DNA from: an uncultured Thermoleophilia bacterium
Lineage (GTDB): Bacteria > Actinomycetota > Thermoleophilia > Gaiellales > Gaiellaceae
Assembly (NCBI GenBank): GCA_963823355.1
Contig: CAWGLG010000004.1
Coordinates: forward strand, 75,656-139,655
DNA: 64,000 nt
Reading direction: 5' to 3'
The notes beneath the pieces are model-generated. The model did no database searches and was not told the DNA's origin. It was given only the letters and a program-made list of their open reading frames with translations. Shown here piece after piece: positions 36,778-46,388 of the stretch. Both the position numbers and the translations under genes were made by a program. Every line of letters begins with the position of its first letter. Position 1 is the first letter of the stretch.

Positions 36778-37758
36778 ATGACCGAGACGATGCGAGCGGT
36801 GGTGCTCGATGCCCCGGGGCCACCTGATGCTCTCACGATCCGTGAGATCCCGATCCCAACGCCGGCAGCGGGCGACGTGCTCATTACGGTGAAAGCGTTT
36901 GGCCTCAACCGGTCCGAGCTTCACACCCGCCTTGGCCTAGCCGTCGGTGTCACGTTCCCCCGTGTTCTTGGCATCGAGGCCACCGGCCTGGTCGCGGCGT
37001 GCCCTGGGGGCGAGTTTGCCGTCGGCCAGCAGGTCGTCGCGATGATGGGCGGTATGGGCAGAGTGTTCGACGGCGGCTACGCCGAGTACACCTCGGTCCC
37101 GGCGAGTCAGGTCATAGCGTTCACCAGCGCCTTGGACTGGGCGATCCTCGGAGCGGTGCCCGAGATGTTGCAGACCTCCTACGGCTCACTGACCGTCGGA
37201 CTCGATGCCCAGCCCGGTCAGTCGATTCTGATCCGTGGCGGCACGTCCTCGATCGGAATGGCGACCGCGGTGCTGGCCAAGCAGCGCGACATGATCGTCT
37301 TCTCCACGACCCGCAACGCCACAAAGGCCGAAGCGCTCCACGACATCGGCGTCGATCACGTGATCATCGACGACGGCAACGTCGCCGCCCAGGTTCGTGC
37401 CGTTGTACCGAATGGCGTCGACACCGCACTCGAGCTGATCGGCACGCCGACGTTGCCTGACACCCTCCGATCCACGCGCGTGCACGGTGTCGTGTGCTTC
37501 ACGGGGATGCTGTCGAACGAATGGACCGTGAGAGACTTCTATCCAATCGAGTACCTCCCGCGAGGAGTACGTCTTACCGCCTATGGCGGCGACTCCGGCG
37601 ACCTACCTCCCGCCGTGCTTCAAGACTTCCTCGATGCCGTGGCCGAAGGGCAGATCAGCGTGCCCGTGCACCGCCGATTCGATCTCAGTGAGATCCAGGA
37701 GGCGCACGCCTACATGGAATCCGGCAGGGCCACCGGCAAGCTCGTCGTAACCGTCTGA
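36778..37758 (+). CDS. zinc-type alcohol dehydrogenase / NADPH:quinone oxidoreductase family protein
   Basis: 326 aa with MRAVVLDAPGPPDALTIREIPIPTPAAGDVLITVKAFGLNRSE and an MDR-superfamily Rossmann motif (LIRGGTSSIGMA). Confidence 0.85.
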   Translation: MTETMRAVVLDAPGPPDALTIREIPIPTPAAGDVLITVKAFGLNRSELHTRLGLAVGVTFPRVLGIEATGLVAACPGGEFAVGQQVVAMMGGMGRVFDGGYAEYTSVPASQVIAFTSALDWAILGAVPEMLQTSYGSLTVGLDAQPGQSILIRGGTSSIGMATAVLAKQRDMIVFSTTRNATKAEALHDIGVDHVIIDDGNVAAQVRAVVPNGVDTALELIGTPTLPDTLRSTRVHGVVCFTGMLSNEWTVRDFYPIEYLPRGVRLTAYGGDSGDLPPAVLQDFLDAVAEGQISVPVHRRFDLSEIQEAHAYMESGRATGKLVVTV

Positions 37759-37807
37759 CACGCCGACAGACGCGCAAAAAGAGCGGCCCATCCCGTCTTC
37801 TCCCGCC

Positions 37808-38149
37808 ATGACGCATCACGACCCGCATGGGCAGGACGCGGTCACAAGAGAGAGGAGCGAGCCCTGCGCCAGACCGTATGAAGTGCCGGCGCCTTGCTAC
37901 GGACGTTGGCGCGGGTTGCCGTCGCGATGGGCGCGGCAAGGCGACGGAGGGTTGGGGCTCGTTGACTTTGCCGTGACCGTGCACATGGATCGCGAGGGCT
38001 TCAACACCTCGGCCGACGTGGAGAAGTGGGCATCCGGGATTCCTGTACCGACGTACGCGCTGGATGACCAGAGCGCCATCAGGGTGACCGACGGACACGT
38101 CGTAGTTGTTTCAGAGGGGAACTGGAGGCTCTTCAACCCAGCCCGGTAG
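37808..38149 (+). CDS. hypothetical protein (weak call; only the C-terminal ~60 aa looks coding)
   Basis: 113-aa ORF in a locally lower-GC stretch. The C-terminal part LVDFAVTVHMDREGFNTSADVEKWASGIPVPTYALDDQSAIRVTDGHVVVVSEGNWRLF has protein-like composition. No family recognised. Confidence 0.25.
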   Translation: MTHHDPHGQDAVTRERSEPCARPYEVPAPCYGRWRGLPSRWARQGDGGLGLVDFAVTVHMDREGFNTSADVEKWASGIPVPTYALDDQSAIRVTDGHVVVVSEGNWRLFNPAR

Positions 38150-38395
38150 AAGCGAGACAGGCAACGAACGCAAGGAGCCGCTCGCATGCGCCAGCGTACT
38201 TACACCCGAGGTGCTGCCGGGCAGCAGTGAAGGCCCGGCCGCTCTACGCCACTGATGCTTCGCCTAGGAGCGTCGGGATTTCGCCTAGACGATTGGCTCG
38301 CTCGACAAGACGGCGCCCCTGCGAATGACCTACGCTTCGCCAGTCAGTAACCGGATCGCCTCGTCTGCGATCGAGAACCGTCGAGGAGCCTCGCA

Positions 38396-39688
38396 GTGTT
38401 CGAGGAACGGCAGTCGATCATTGGCCGGGACGATGAGCTACGGACCTTGGACCGGTTCCTGGGCGCGATCGAGGACGGCCCGGTCGCACTGCTTCTCGAG
38501 GGTGAAGCCGGAATCGGGAAGACGTCGTTGTGGAAGGCGTGCCTGGCCGCGGCTGCGGATCGGTTGTACTGTGTGCTGTCCTGCCGGCCGATCGAGGCGG
38601 AGGTCGAGCTGGCATATTCCGCGCTCGGCGATTTGTTGGGACGCGATCTCGGTGACGCGCTTGGCGAGCTTCCCGAGCCACAGCGCCGTGCTCTCGAGGT
38701 AGCGCTGCTCCTGAGGGAGCCCGAGGGGCAACAGCCTTTGCAGCGCGCGGTCGCTCTCGCCACACTCGGTGTGCTTGTGGTGCTGTCTCGTGAGCGGCCT
38801 TTGCTCGTCGGCATCGACGATGTCCAGTGGCTCGATCCCGCCTCCGAGAGCGTGCTCGCGTTCGTCGCCCGCCGCGTGAGTACAGAGCGAATCGGGGTGT
38901 TCATGGCGAGGCGGACAGAGGCGACGGTCGTGGACGTCCCGCTCGATCTTGCACGGGCACTGCCCGAGGGCCGCTTCGCGCGAGTCCCGATCGGATCACT
39001 CGAGCCGGCGGTGCTCGACCTGCTTCTCGCGGCCCGCCTGGAAGCGCATCCATCCGGTCAGGTGCTCGAGCGCCTGCATGCGCGCTCCGGCGGAAACCCC
39101 TTCTTCGCCCTCGAGATCGCGAGAGCGATGATTGAACGAGGCAGCCTGCTGGAGACGGACGACGAGATCCCGATCCCAGCAAGCCTGCACGATCTGTTGC
39201 GGGAGCGGTTGGAGCGCCTACCGCCACCGGCGCGTGAGGCGGCGGAGATCGTCGCAGCGCTGTCGCGACCGACGGTGGCGCTCGTCGATGCAGTCCGAGG
39301 CGACTCGGTGGCTGCCGTCGAGACAGCGGCCAAGGCGGGAATCCTCGAACTGGACGATGGTCGCCTGCTGTTCTCGCATCCGCTGCTCGCCTCGGTCGCA
39401 TACGCCGAGATCCCGGCGGAGCGGCGACGCAACTTGCACGCTCGCCTAGCCGAGATCCTCGATGATCCCGAAGAACGCGGGCGTCATCTGATGCTGGCGG
39501 CGGAAGGCCCTGACCTCTCCGTCGCAGCCGCGCTCGACGAAGCCGCCACACGGGCCCGGGCACGAGGGGCGCCCGGGTCGGCCGCGGACCTGTGGGAGCA
39601 GGCCCGCGTCCTCACACCCACGGTCGCAGGGAGTGAGGCCCGCCGACGAGCTGTGGAGGCGGCAGAGCGACGCTTCGACGCCGGCGAT
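38396..39688 (+). CDS. LAL/LuxR-type large ATP-binding regulator, N-terminal part only (3' end cut at the compositional seam)
   Basis: GTG start after GAGGAG. Walker A LLLEGEAGIGKTSLW, Walker B LLVGIDDVQWLD and helical repeats. No C-terminal HTH. The ORF ends at a TGA spanning the seam (39689-39691). Confidence 0.75.
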
Positions 39689-39693
39689 TGAAT
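39683..39693. other. compositional / phylogenetic breakpoint (probable contig join or chimeric assembly point)
   Basis: GC-rich actinobacterial-type coding sequence ends and AT-richer sequence begins. Both flanking ORFs lose their C-terminal parts here. Confidence 0.8.
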
Positions 39694-40300
39694 CAAGGGT
39701 GTCAATTTGGGCCGGTTGCCGACTTTCGGAAACAGTCCCTTTTTTGCCAGGCGGGTGAGCTTTAAAATGTCTCTGTGATCTCCCGGGCCATAAACCATCG
39801 AGAACCTGACAATAACGGCAGGCAATCCCATTTCCTTAAACAACCGCAGCACTTCATTTTCAGCCCGGAGTTTACTGCGACCATAGGGATGATGAGGGAA
39901 GCAATTGCTTTTTTCTGTTGCCGGGCTGTCCGGACAGATGCCCATGGCGGCAACCGTACTACAGTGAATAATTTTTTTTACGTTCGCTGCCAGTGCCGTT
40001 TCCATCATGTTGATGGTGCCCCTTACGTTGACCGCTTCGAACAAGGACTCGCTGACGGAAAAGTTACTCATATGACCCAGTGTCGCCATATGAACGAGGA
40101 CATCCACACCATCGGCAATGCCGGTTAACGTATCTTTATCCGTGACATCGCCGGTAACAAATTCGACGCCGAGATCTTTAAGCGGAGCAGTGTTACTGCC
40201 AGAGCGGCACTAGGCATCGACAGTGATGACCCAAAGCCGTTAACCTTTGAATTAGATAGGGTCCGATAAATCCGGTTGCACCGGTTATTAAATAATTCAC
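39688..40300 (-). CDS. NAD-dependent epimerase/dehydratase, 3'-truncated at the seam and carrying a +1 frame change near 40206
   Basis: GTG at 40300 gives VNYLITGATGFIGPYLIQRLTALGHHCRCLV, then a stop. The +1 frame continues RSGSNTAPLKDLGVEFVTGDVTDKDTLTGIADGVDVLVHMATL...YGRSKLRAE... until the sequence becomes GC-rich nonsense after ...KLTPLIQ. Confidence 0.75.
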
Positions 40301-40306
40301 TTCTAT

Positions 40307-41027
40307 TTAATCCTTTTTCCCGCAAGTCGTCAGGTGAGGTGGAAAGAAGGTACGCACAGTATAACCCTGGGTATTAAGGATCTTCTCTACTGCATGATAA
40401 GCGGGTTGGTTGTCCCGCTTATGATAGGACGCAACGGCAACATGCGGGTGATACTGCTTAAGTGTATTTAAAGAACCCTGCAGGGCCTCAATTTCTGAGC
40501 CTTCAATATCCATTTTAACCAAATCCAGACGTTTTAACGCTAATTCATTCATTAAATCATCTATCGTGATACATTTTATGGGTATATAATTATTATTTTG
40601 AATCGTTGGATTTGCGGATTTTTCAATTTTACAGGAAATGGTGTTTGAAAAAATTTTCAACAAAAATATTCCGGTATCGTTCCATACGCCTTTGTTAATG
40701 GCAACAATATTTTTTCTTCTCAAGCGGTTCAGTCCGGTTTTGTAAAATATTAAATGATTTTTCAAATGGTTCAAGCGCAACAACAAGCCCATCGCCCCCC
40801 ACAAGTCTTGAAAATAGGATTGCACAGTTACCTATGTTTGCACCACAATCAATAATTACATCCCCTTTTTTGGGTAAATAGCATTTTAAATATGATGAAT
40901 ATGAACAGGGGATCATTTTAATCAGCCAGAGCGGGAAATAGCTTAAAGCAACTTCGAATAAAATATTTTTAAAGTTGACCGGCAGAAAGTTTAAAACTTT
41001 TGCGGTAATATTAACAAATTTAAGCAT
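40307..41027 (-). CDS. FkbM family methyltransferase with an apparent +1 frame change near 40738-40741
   Basis: The 5' ORF contains VIIDCGANIGNCAILFS...VVALEPFEKSFNILQ. The +1 frame continues TGLNRLRRKNIVAINKGVWND...LDLVKMDIEGSEIEAL. The switch lies in a T/A run. Confidence 0.75.
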
Positions 41028-41078
41028 GTATTCTGATATTAAATATTGTGTCGGGAGTGAAAATATTTCTTTTGGACT

Positions 41079-41772
41079 TTATGAAAAATTAATCAATCGT
41101 TTCCAGGTATAATAGAACCAGGCACCATATTCAGCCAGTACCCAACGTATTTGACGGCCCTCCTTCCACCAGGCATTGGGGTTGTATGGATCCGTTTTAG
41201 CCGGAATCGTACAAACCGACAACTCGGTTTTTAAATATTTTTTTCCAAATAAAGCCGGCTCGGCGGCTGTGATATTGGCTTGTTGTGATAATAATCCGTT
41301 TGAGCCCTTTACTGACGAGTTCATTTCCGACTGCCTCGGCTTCACTGATGGTATCATAGGCGTCCTCGGCACTGATCTGTATGACGCTACTGCGGGGGAC
41401 GCCATAAAGCGATAAGATCCGAAGTGAATTTTCATACCAGGGGCAGCAGGCTTCAAACCCTTTTTTTTCCAGCTCACGCAGAACGTCGGTTTTACGGTTT
41501 CCATTAATCACGATCTTTTGCGCAAACCCCCTGTTGTAAAGGGAAGCCGCTTCGATGAGCCGCGGGTAATATTCCACGCCCGAGTTCAGCACCACGATGG
41601 CATCGGAGCGAACCGGGTTTTCATCATTTACAATAAAGCTTCCAATGGCTGTTAAGATAGGGGCGTAAAACAGATAAACAGCAACTGCCGCAACAAGGAT
41701 AAAACCCGTAATCCTTAATAATCTTTGATAATTATTTTTAGATTGATGAAATCTTTGGTTTGCAATCTTCAT
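41079..41772 (-). CDS. DUF218 (YdcF/ElyC-like) protein with an apparent +1 frame change near 41228-41232
   Basis: N-terminal TM segment plus SDAIVVLNSG...IIITTSQYHSRRAGFIWKKIFK in one frame. TELSVCTIPAKTDPYNPNAWWKEGRQIRWVLAEYGAWFYY follows in the +1 frame. The switch lies in an A5 run. Confidence 0.7.
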
Positions 41773-41774
41773 GA

Positions 41775-42876
41775 TCAACCTCGAAGCATCTCTTTCAGAA
41801 CCCGAAACAGGGAGGGACCATGCAATAACATATTGGAATAGGTTTGATTGGCAAGCGGACAGCTGCAGGTCCTATTATAGATAGCGGTGCGAACGGCATC
41901 CGGCCTGGGGACTTTTCCACAACTTTTGAAAGTCATAATCAAACTCGCGCAGGTTTCCCATCGACTTGTCATAGCCAAGCGTACAGCAGGCCCAGACATC
42001 ACCATAGGGTGATAGATGCGCATTTGAAATTCCGGCGTAGCAGGGGATGACTTGTCGATTTTCCTTTAATATCCTGATAGCCAGCGCATAGTAAACCAGT
42101 CGAAATGCACTGGTAATGCGATGAAAGAACAATCGGTTTTTCATCTGGGCCCTGATGTGCCGGATGAATTTTTCGGTTGCCCGTTCATAGGCCTCAGCAG
42201 TGGGCGTAATGCTATTTTCCCGGTTGAACATTTCCGAGCGCTGTTCGGCAATTTCATTTCGATAGCTGTCCGTACCGAGTGTGGTAACAAAAGCAGCAAT
42301 CTCTTCGATGTCGTTAATATTCCAATTTGATATAACGGTGCCCAACTCCACGTGGAAATTGGGAAATTCCGGCTGCAGTGACTTTAAACGCTGAAACAGC
42401 GACATGACTTTTTCAAAATTGCCTTTCACACCCCGGATCTCATCGTGCTTGTCGCCGATATGATCCAGGCTGGGTTTTACCGTTAAATGAATCGCAGGAA
42501 AGTTGGTCTTTAAAAAGTTTAAAATTTCATTAATTTTTTTATCGATCCGTTCGATAGCGATGGCATTTGTGGGAATATGAATGATGCCGGGTGAAAGGTA
42601 CCGGCAGGCGAGCTTGATGATGTCGGTGATATCCGGTCTTAAAAAAGGTTCGCCGCCGCTGATGTTAAAAACAAAAATATGCCCCATGGAACGAAAGATT
42701 TTTTCAATTTCAGCGAGGGTGAGTTCATCGTTCCGTTTTTCAGGATTGTTTTCGTATAAACTCCAGATATTACACGTGCGACAGCGGGACTGGCAGATAT
42801 TGGTAACCGAAAACGTCAGATTCAGCGGCATCCCGGGGGGTATCATTTTCAGGCGCGCCAGGCGATATCGAATCAT
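41775..42876 (-). CDS. radical SAM protein with SPASM-like C-terminal Cys cluster; apparent +1 frame change near 41900-41905
   Basis: CQSRCRTC (CX3CX2C), GGEPFL and CYAGISNAHLSPYGDVWACC. After ...FQKLWKSPQA the +1 frame reads DAVRTAIYNRTCSCPLANQTYSNMLL...LRG*. Start uncertain: ATG at 42876 or GTG at 42906. Confidence 0.75.
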
Positions 42877-42911
42877 TTTCGGTAACACTTCAATGAGATA
42901 GCCCACTGCTG

Positions 42912-44091
42912 TTATGCCTCGCTGAGGGTGTCTGAAGAATCCAGTAATTTCCGATAAACAGACATGGTTTTTGCGATGATGGCAGGCCACGTCAGTTTCC
43001 GGGCGATGCTGTCGGCACCGGCGGCCATGCCTTCAAGCCGGCCAGGTGTATTCAGGCATTCGACCAGTACTTTCGCCAAAGCGTCCGAATCTTTTGGCGG
43101 AACAATGCAACGCTGGTCGGCAACCAGATCGGGCAGTCCGCCCACATGGGTCACTATCAGGGGCTTTCGAAAAGAAACCGCACTGGCGCCGACGCCGCTT
43201 TGGCTGTCAAAACGATGATAGGGGAGAATGACAATATCGGCAGCCGTAAAAAATTTATACACCTCACCTGAAGGGATGTATTCCGGATGGATTGAAACTG
43301 CCTGCCGGATATTGAGGTCATCAATTAAATTTGAGTAAGGCTCCCAGCTTTCCCATAATTTCCCGGCAATCAACAGACGGGAATCAGGTATGTGCTTCAG
43401 AACCTTTGCAAATGCTCTCAGGGCGGTGTCGATTCCCTTATAAGATCGAATCGCTCCGAATAAGAGGATGACTTTGCTGCCGGGGTTAAACCCCATCGCA
43501 GCGCGGATAGACTCACGGTCAATTTTCAGTTTAGTATGAAAATCAAGCGTACCATGGGGAATCAGGCTTATGTTTTCGGCTGAAATTCTATAGGTTGCAA
43601 TCAACTGCTGTACATTGACAGCGGTATGGACAATGAAGTGGTCACCCAATTTAAAAATGAGACTGGAAATTTTCTGGTAAAGGAATGATTTTTCGTGGGG
43701 TTTGGTATTGTGCACCGTAAAGACAACGGGTTTGCCCCGGACCTTGAATGCCCCGCAGACAGCCAGATAGATTGGGAAAAGGGGGAGGCTCCACCACTGG
43801 GCATGCAGTAATTCGGCTTTAGTTGAATAACCCCGCCTCTAACCAGCTGATCGGATTATACCAGGCCAGATGACGGCTGACATTCAAATGGGGATGCCCA
43901 AAGCAGGGGAAAGTATCATCCTCATTTAAACCGCCTCCCGGATAGGCAAATGCCGGGTATAGTTTTTTAAAAGAGATAAATTCAACGGCAGTCTTATCTG
44001 CCATTGCCAGAGCCAGCTCGAGGCAGTAACTGCTGAGCCCCCGCAGGGGCGGCAAGGTACCCAGAATGGCAATTTTTTCTGGTTGTTTCAA
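42912..44091 (-). CDS. GT4-type glycosyltransferase with an apparent +1 frame change near 43823
   Basis: The N-terminal 90-aa ORF (KIAILGTLPPLRGLSSYCLELA...NPISWLEAGLF) is followed in the +1 frame by TKAELLHAQWWSLPLFPIYL...VHNTKPHE...LLFGAIRSYKGID...PYHRFDSQSGV. Confidence 0.75.
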
Positions 44092-44093
44092 AA

Positions 44094-44591
44094 TCAGTTG
44101 GCGGCTCTTTCCTTAGCCAATTGCTCCGCGCTCATGGTCCAGAAGGGTGTTCCGTCTTTGGTAAGGCGTACTTTTAAGGCAAAATGATCTCCTTTTGTTA
44201 TCTTTGAGGCCATGAAAACCTCTTTTCCGTTAATTTCAGCCCACACGCCCCTGACTTTGACCCTGTCCCCCTTTTTGACTCCAACACGCCTGATGTTCAG
44301 AAACCAGGAAGGGGCAACATGCACCAGAACTTTTTCTGTTTTTGATTCACTCACAATCAGCGCGACACCGGGAGACATTCCGGGGATCGGAACGAGCTCC
44401 ATGATTTCTTCAACTCTCCCCTTAAAAGAATCCAGTTCGTTTGCTTTATAAAATTTGTTGTAAGGACTGCCAAGCTCCCAACCACCCGTTCCGGTTTTTT
44501 CCTGGGCAAATCCCGTTGACCCGAGAACAAGTAAAAAGATGACCACTAAAGGAAGCATCAGCATCGTTATTTTGCTAAAAGATTTAAACAT
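44094..44591 (-). CDS. secreted hypothetical protein
   Basis: ATG at 44591 after AGGAGG. Signal-peptide-like MFKSFSKITMLMLPLVVIFLLVLGSTGFAQE. No family recognised. Confidence 0.6.
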   Translation of the reverse strand: MFKSFSKITMLMLPLVVIFLLVLGSTGFAQEKTGTGGWELGSPYNKFYKANELDSFKGRVEEIMELVPIPGMSPGVALIVSESKTEKVLVHVAPSWFLNIRRVGVKKGDRVKVRGVWAEINGKEVFMASKITKGDHFALKVRLTKDGTPFWTMSAEQLAKERAAN

Positions 44592-44827
44592 GACCCCTCC
44601 TGTAAAGATAAAATTATTCATTGTCAGTTATAATGATCTATTATAGCCAAAAACAAATTAACTGCAAGTCCAATCCTACCAATCCGCCGGTTGCATGAGC
44701 GGGCTTTCTTCATAGAACCCGTCACTTAAAACCGGGTCAAAGCAGCCTAACAATTAGTTATTATGGTAAAAATAGGTATGCATAGTGAATTTGTCAATTG
44801 AAAACAAATTAGACCTCTTTAGAAAAA

Positions 44828-45625
44828 CTAAAGCCTTTCAAATAACTGTTTCATTGCCGAGAGATATGCCGTTGAACCACGCATAAAGATATCATTATGA
44901 TTGGCTTCCGGGATTTTGAGAATCGTTTTTTCTCCCGCGGGGCAGGCGGAATAAAGCGCTTGTGCATCCGAAAACGGAATAATGTGGTCGTATTCGGCAT
45001 GGATAATGAGGGTCGGTTTTTTGTATTTTTGGATTTTTTCCAGATTGCGAAATCCTTTTTTTTCAGTGAATCCGAATCGTTCCAACTGAATACCCATCAG
45101 TCGCAACAGCGGGCCGGAATAGGCAAATCCGCTTTCAACGATGAGTGCGTCGATTAAATCCGGATAAGTCGCGGCCAGTTCCAGGGCCGAGGCGCTGCCC
45201 AGGGACCTCCCCATCACAACAAGTTTTCCCGACCAGTTATTTTTTTTCAGCCAGCCCTTAACAAAATCAAACAGGACATGGCAGTCCCGCATCATGGCGG
45301 TGATGGTGGGGGAGCCGGTTGAAAGACCGTAACCGCGATAATCGACCGCTAACAAGTTAATGCCCATGCGGTTGTAGATGGAACCCATATCATCATAATC
45401 GGCAACGATTTCACCGTTTCCATGAAAAAACAATATATTGGGGGCGGTGGGGGTTTCCATGTGAAAACGGGCGCCGATAACGACATCCCTGTCGACCGGT
45501 ATTAAAAGTTTTTGTGACTGCTGATTCGTCGGAGAAGCTCCCCGGTCAACCCTGGGATGAAAAATCGCCGACAGAACTTCCGGCCGGTCAAGTTCTGAAA
45601 AATTAATCTGTTCTATATCAATCAT
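44828..45625 (-). CDS. alpha/beta hydrolase
   Basis: 265 aa with FFHGNGE, the nucleophile elbow GRSLGS and a C-terminal His region (PEANHND). Confidence 0.8.
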   Translation of the reverse strand: MIDIEQINFSELDRPEVLSAIFHPRVDRGASPTNQQSQKLLIPVDRDVVIGARFHMETPTAPNILFFHGNGEIVADYDDMGSIYNRMGINLLAVDYRGYGLSTGSPTITAMMRDCHVLFDFVKGWLKKNNWSGKLVVMGRSLGSASALELAATYPDLIDALIVESGFAYSGPLLRLMGIQLERFGFTEKKGFRNLEKIQKYKKPTLIIHAEYDHIIPFSDAQALYSACPAGEKTILKIPEANHNDIFMRGSTAYLSAMKQLFERL

Positions 45626-45639
45626 TTCACATCACCTTG

Positions 45640-45678
45640 GGAGAGCTATGCAAAAGGCCCTCTTTTGCATAACTCTCC
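45640..45678. repeat. 17-bp-stem hairpin between fxsA and the hydrolase gene (terminator or REP-like)
   Basis: GGAGAGCTATGCAAAAG / CTTTTGCATAACTCTCC, 16 of 17 positions paired with a 5-nt loop. A second 7-bp palindrome, TAGATCG-GTT-CGATCTA, sits at 45692-45708. Confidence 0.4.
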
Positions 45679-45705
45679 ATAGATTTGCTGTTAGATCGGT
45701 TCGAT

Positions 45706-46101
45706 CTATGAAAAAAAGGTTATATTCATGTTCTGGTTTTTGACCCAGCGTTCAAGCCGGAGCTTGATGAATTGTTTAAAGATACGGCGGGTCTGCGGAA
45801 AAAGAATGAGGAGTCCTGCCGCATCGGTTATGAAGCCGGGTGTCAGCAGCACAATGCCGGCGATCAAAATCAGGAGCGCGTCAATCAGGTCGTCTGTGGG
45901 CATCAAGCCCTGCTGCAGACTGGCCCGGACCCGCAGCAAGGTCTGCATCCCCTGCATCCGGGCGAGGTAGGCGCCGGTAAATCCGGTCAGCATAACCAAT
46001 AAAACCGCATTCAAGGCGCCGATAACCGCGCCAACCTTGATGAGAAGGTATATCTCGGCAACAGGAATCAGTGTAAATGCCAGGAAAAGTTTAAACAGCA
46101 T
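45706..46101 (-). CDS. fxsA: FxsA family membrane protein
   Basis: 131 aa: MLFKLFLAFTLIPVAEIYLLIKVG...LLTPGFITDAAGLLILFP. Confidence 0.85.
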   Translation of the reverse strand: MLFKLFLAFTLIPVAEIYLLIKVGAVIGALNAVLLVMLTGFTGAYLARMQGMQTLLRVRASLQQGLMPTDDLIDALLILIAGIVLLTPGFITDAAGLLILFPQTRRIFKQFIKLRLERWVKNQNMNITFFS

Positions 46102-46170
46102 ATAGCTCCTCTGCTATCTCTCCGGGTAAAAACCATGAAATTTTATATTCCAGCATAGAAAACATCGTCT

Positions 46171-46366
46171 TCAGAGACTGTGCCACAATTAAAAAAAACC
46201 GAGTCCCAAGATTTTTTGTCATTCCGGGCTTGACCCGGAATCCATAATATTTTCAAGTCCATATGATCCTGGATGCCGGATCAAGTCCGGCATGACGTGA
46301 AGAAAAAGAAACCATTTTTACAATTACGACACAGTCTCTCAGGGCCAGGTCAGAGAATTGTGGCGC
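46171..46366. repeat. compound palindromic (MITE/REP-like) element
   Basis: Outer inverted repeats AGAGACTGTG (46172-81) / CACAGTCTCT (46330-39) and CCACAATT (46182-89) / AATTGTGG (46356-63). Inside are two inverted copies of a 29-nt hairpin module (46217-45 and 46269-97). Confidence 0.6.
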
Positions 46367-46388
46367 TGCCGTATGAAGTGCAAAAGGT

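Noticed and set aside
39600-39800. Mobile-element-mediated horizontal transfer as the cause of the GC breakpoint.
   Set aside because: No transposase, integrase, tRNA, inverted terminal repeats or target duplication occurs at or near the seam. A gene is cut on each side, and that pattern fits an artificial join.
39688-44091. Programmed +1 ribosomal frameshifting as an explanation for the five serial frame changes (plus ribBA).
   Set aside because: The sites share no common slippery or stall motif: CUA GUG C CGC, CAA A ACC, AAA A ACC, GCC G GAU, UUC A ACU, CGC A CGC. The genes are unrelated, and no family here is known to need frameshifting. Sequencing error or decay is far more likely.
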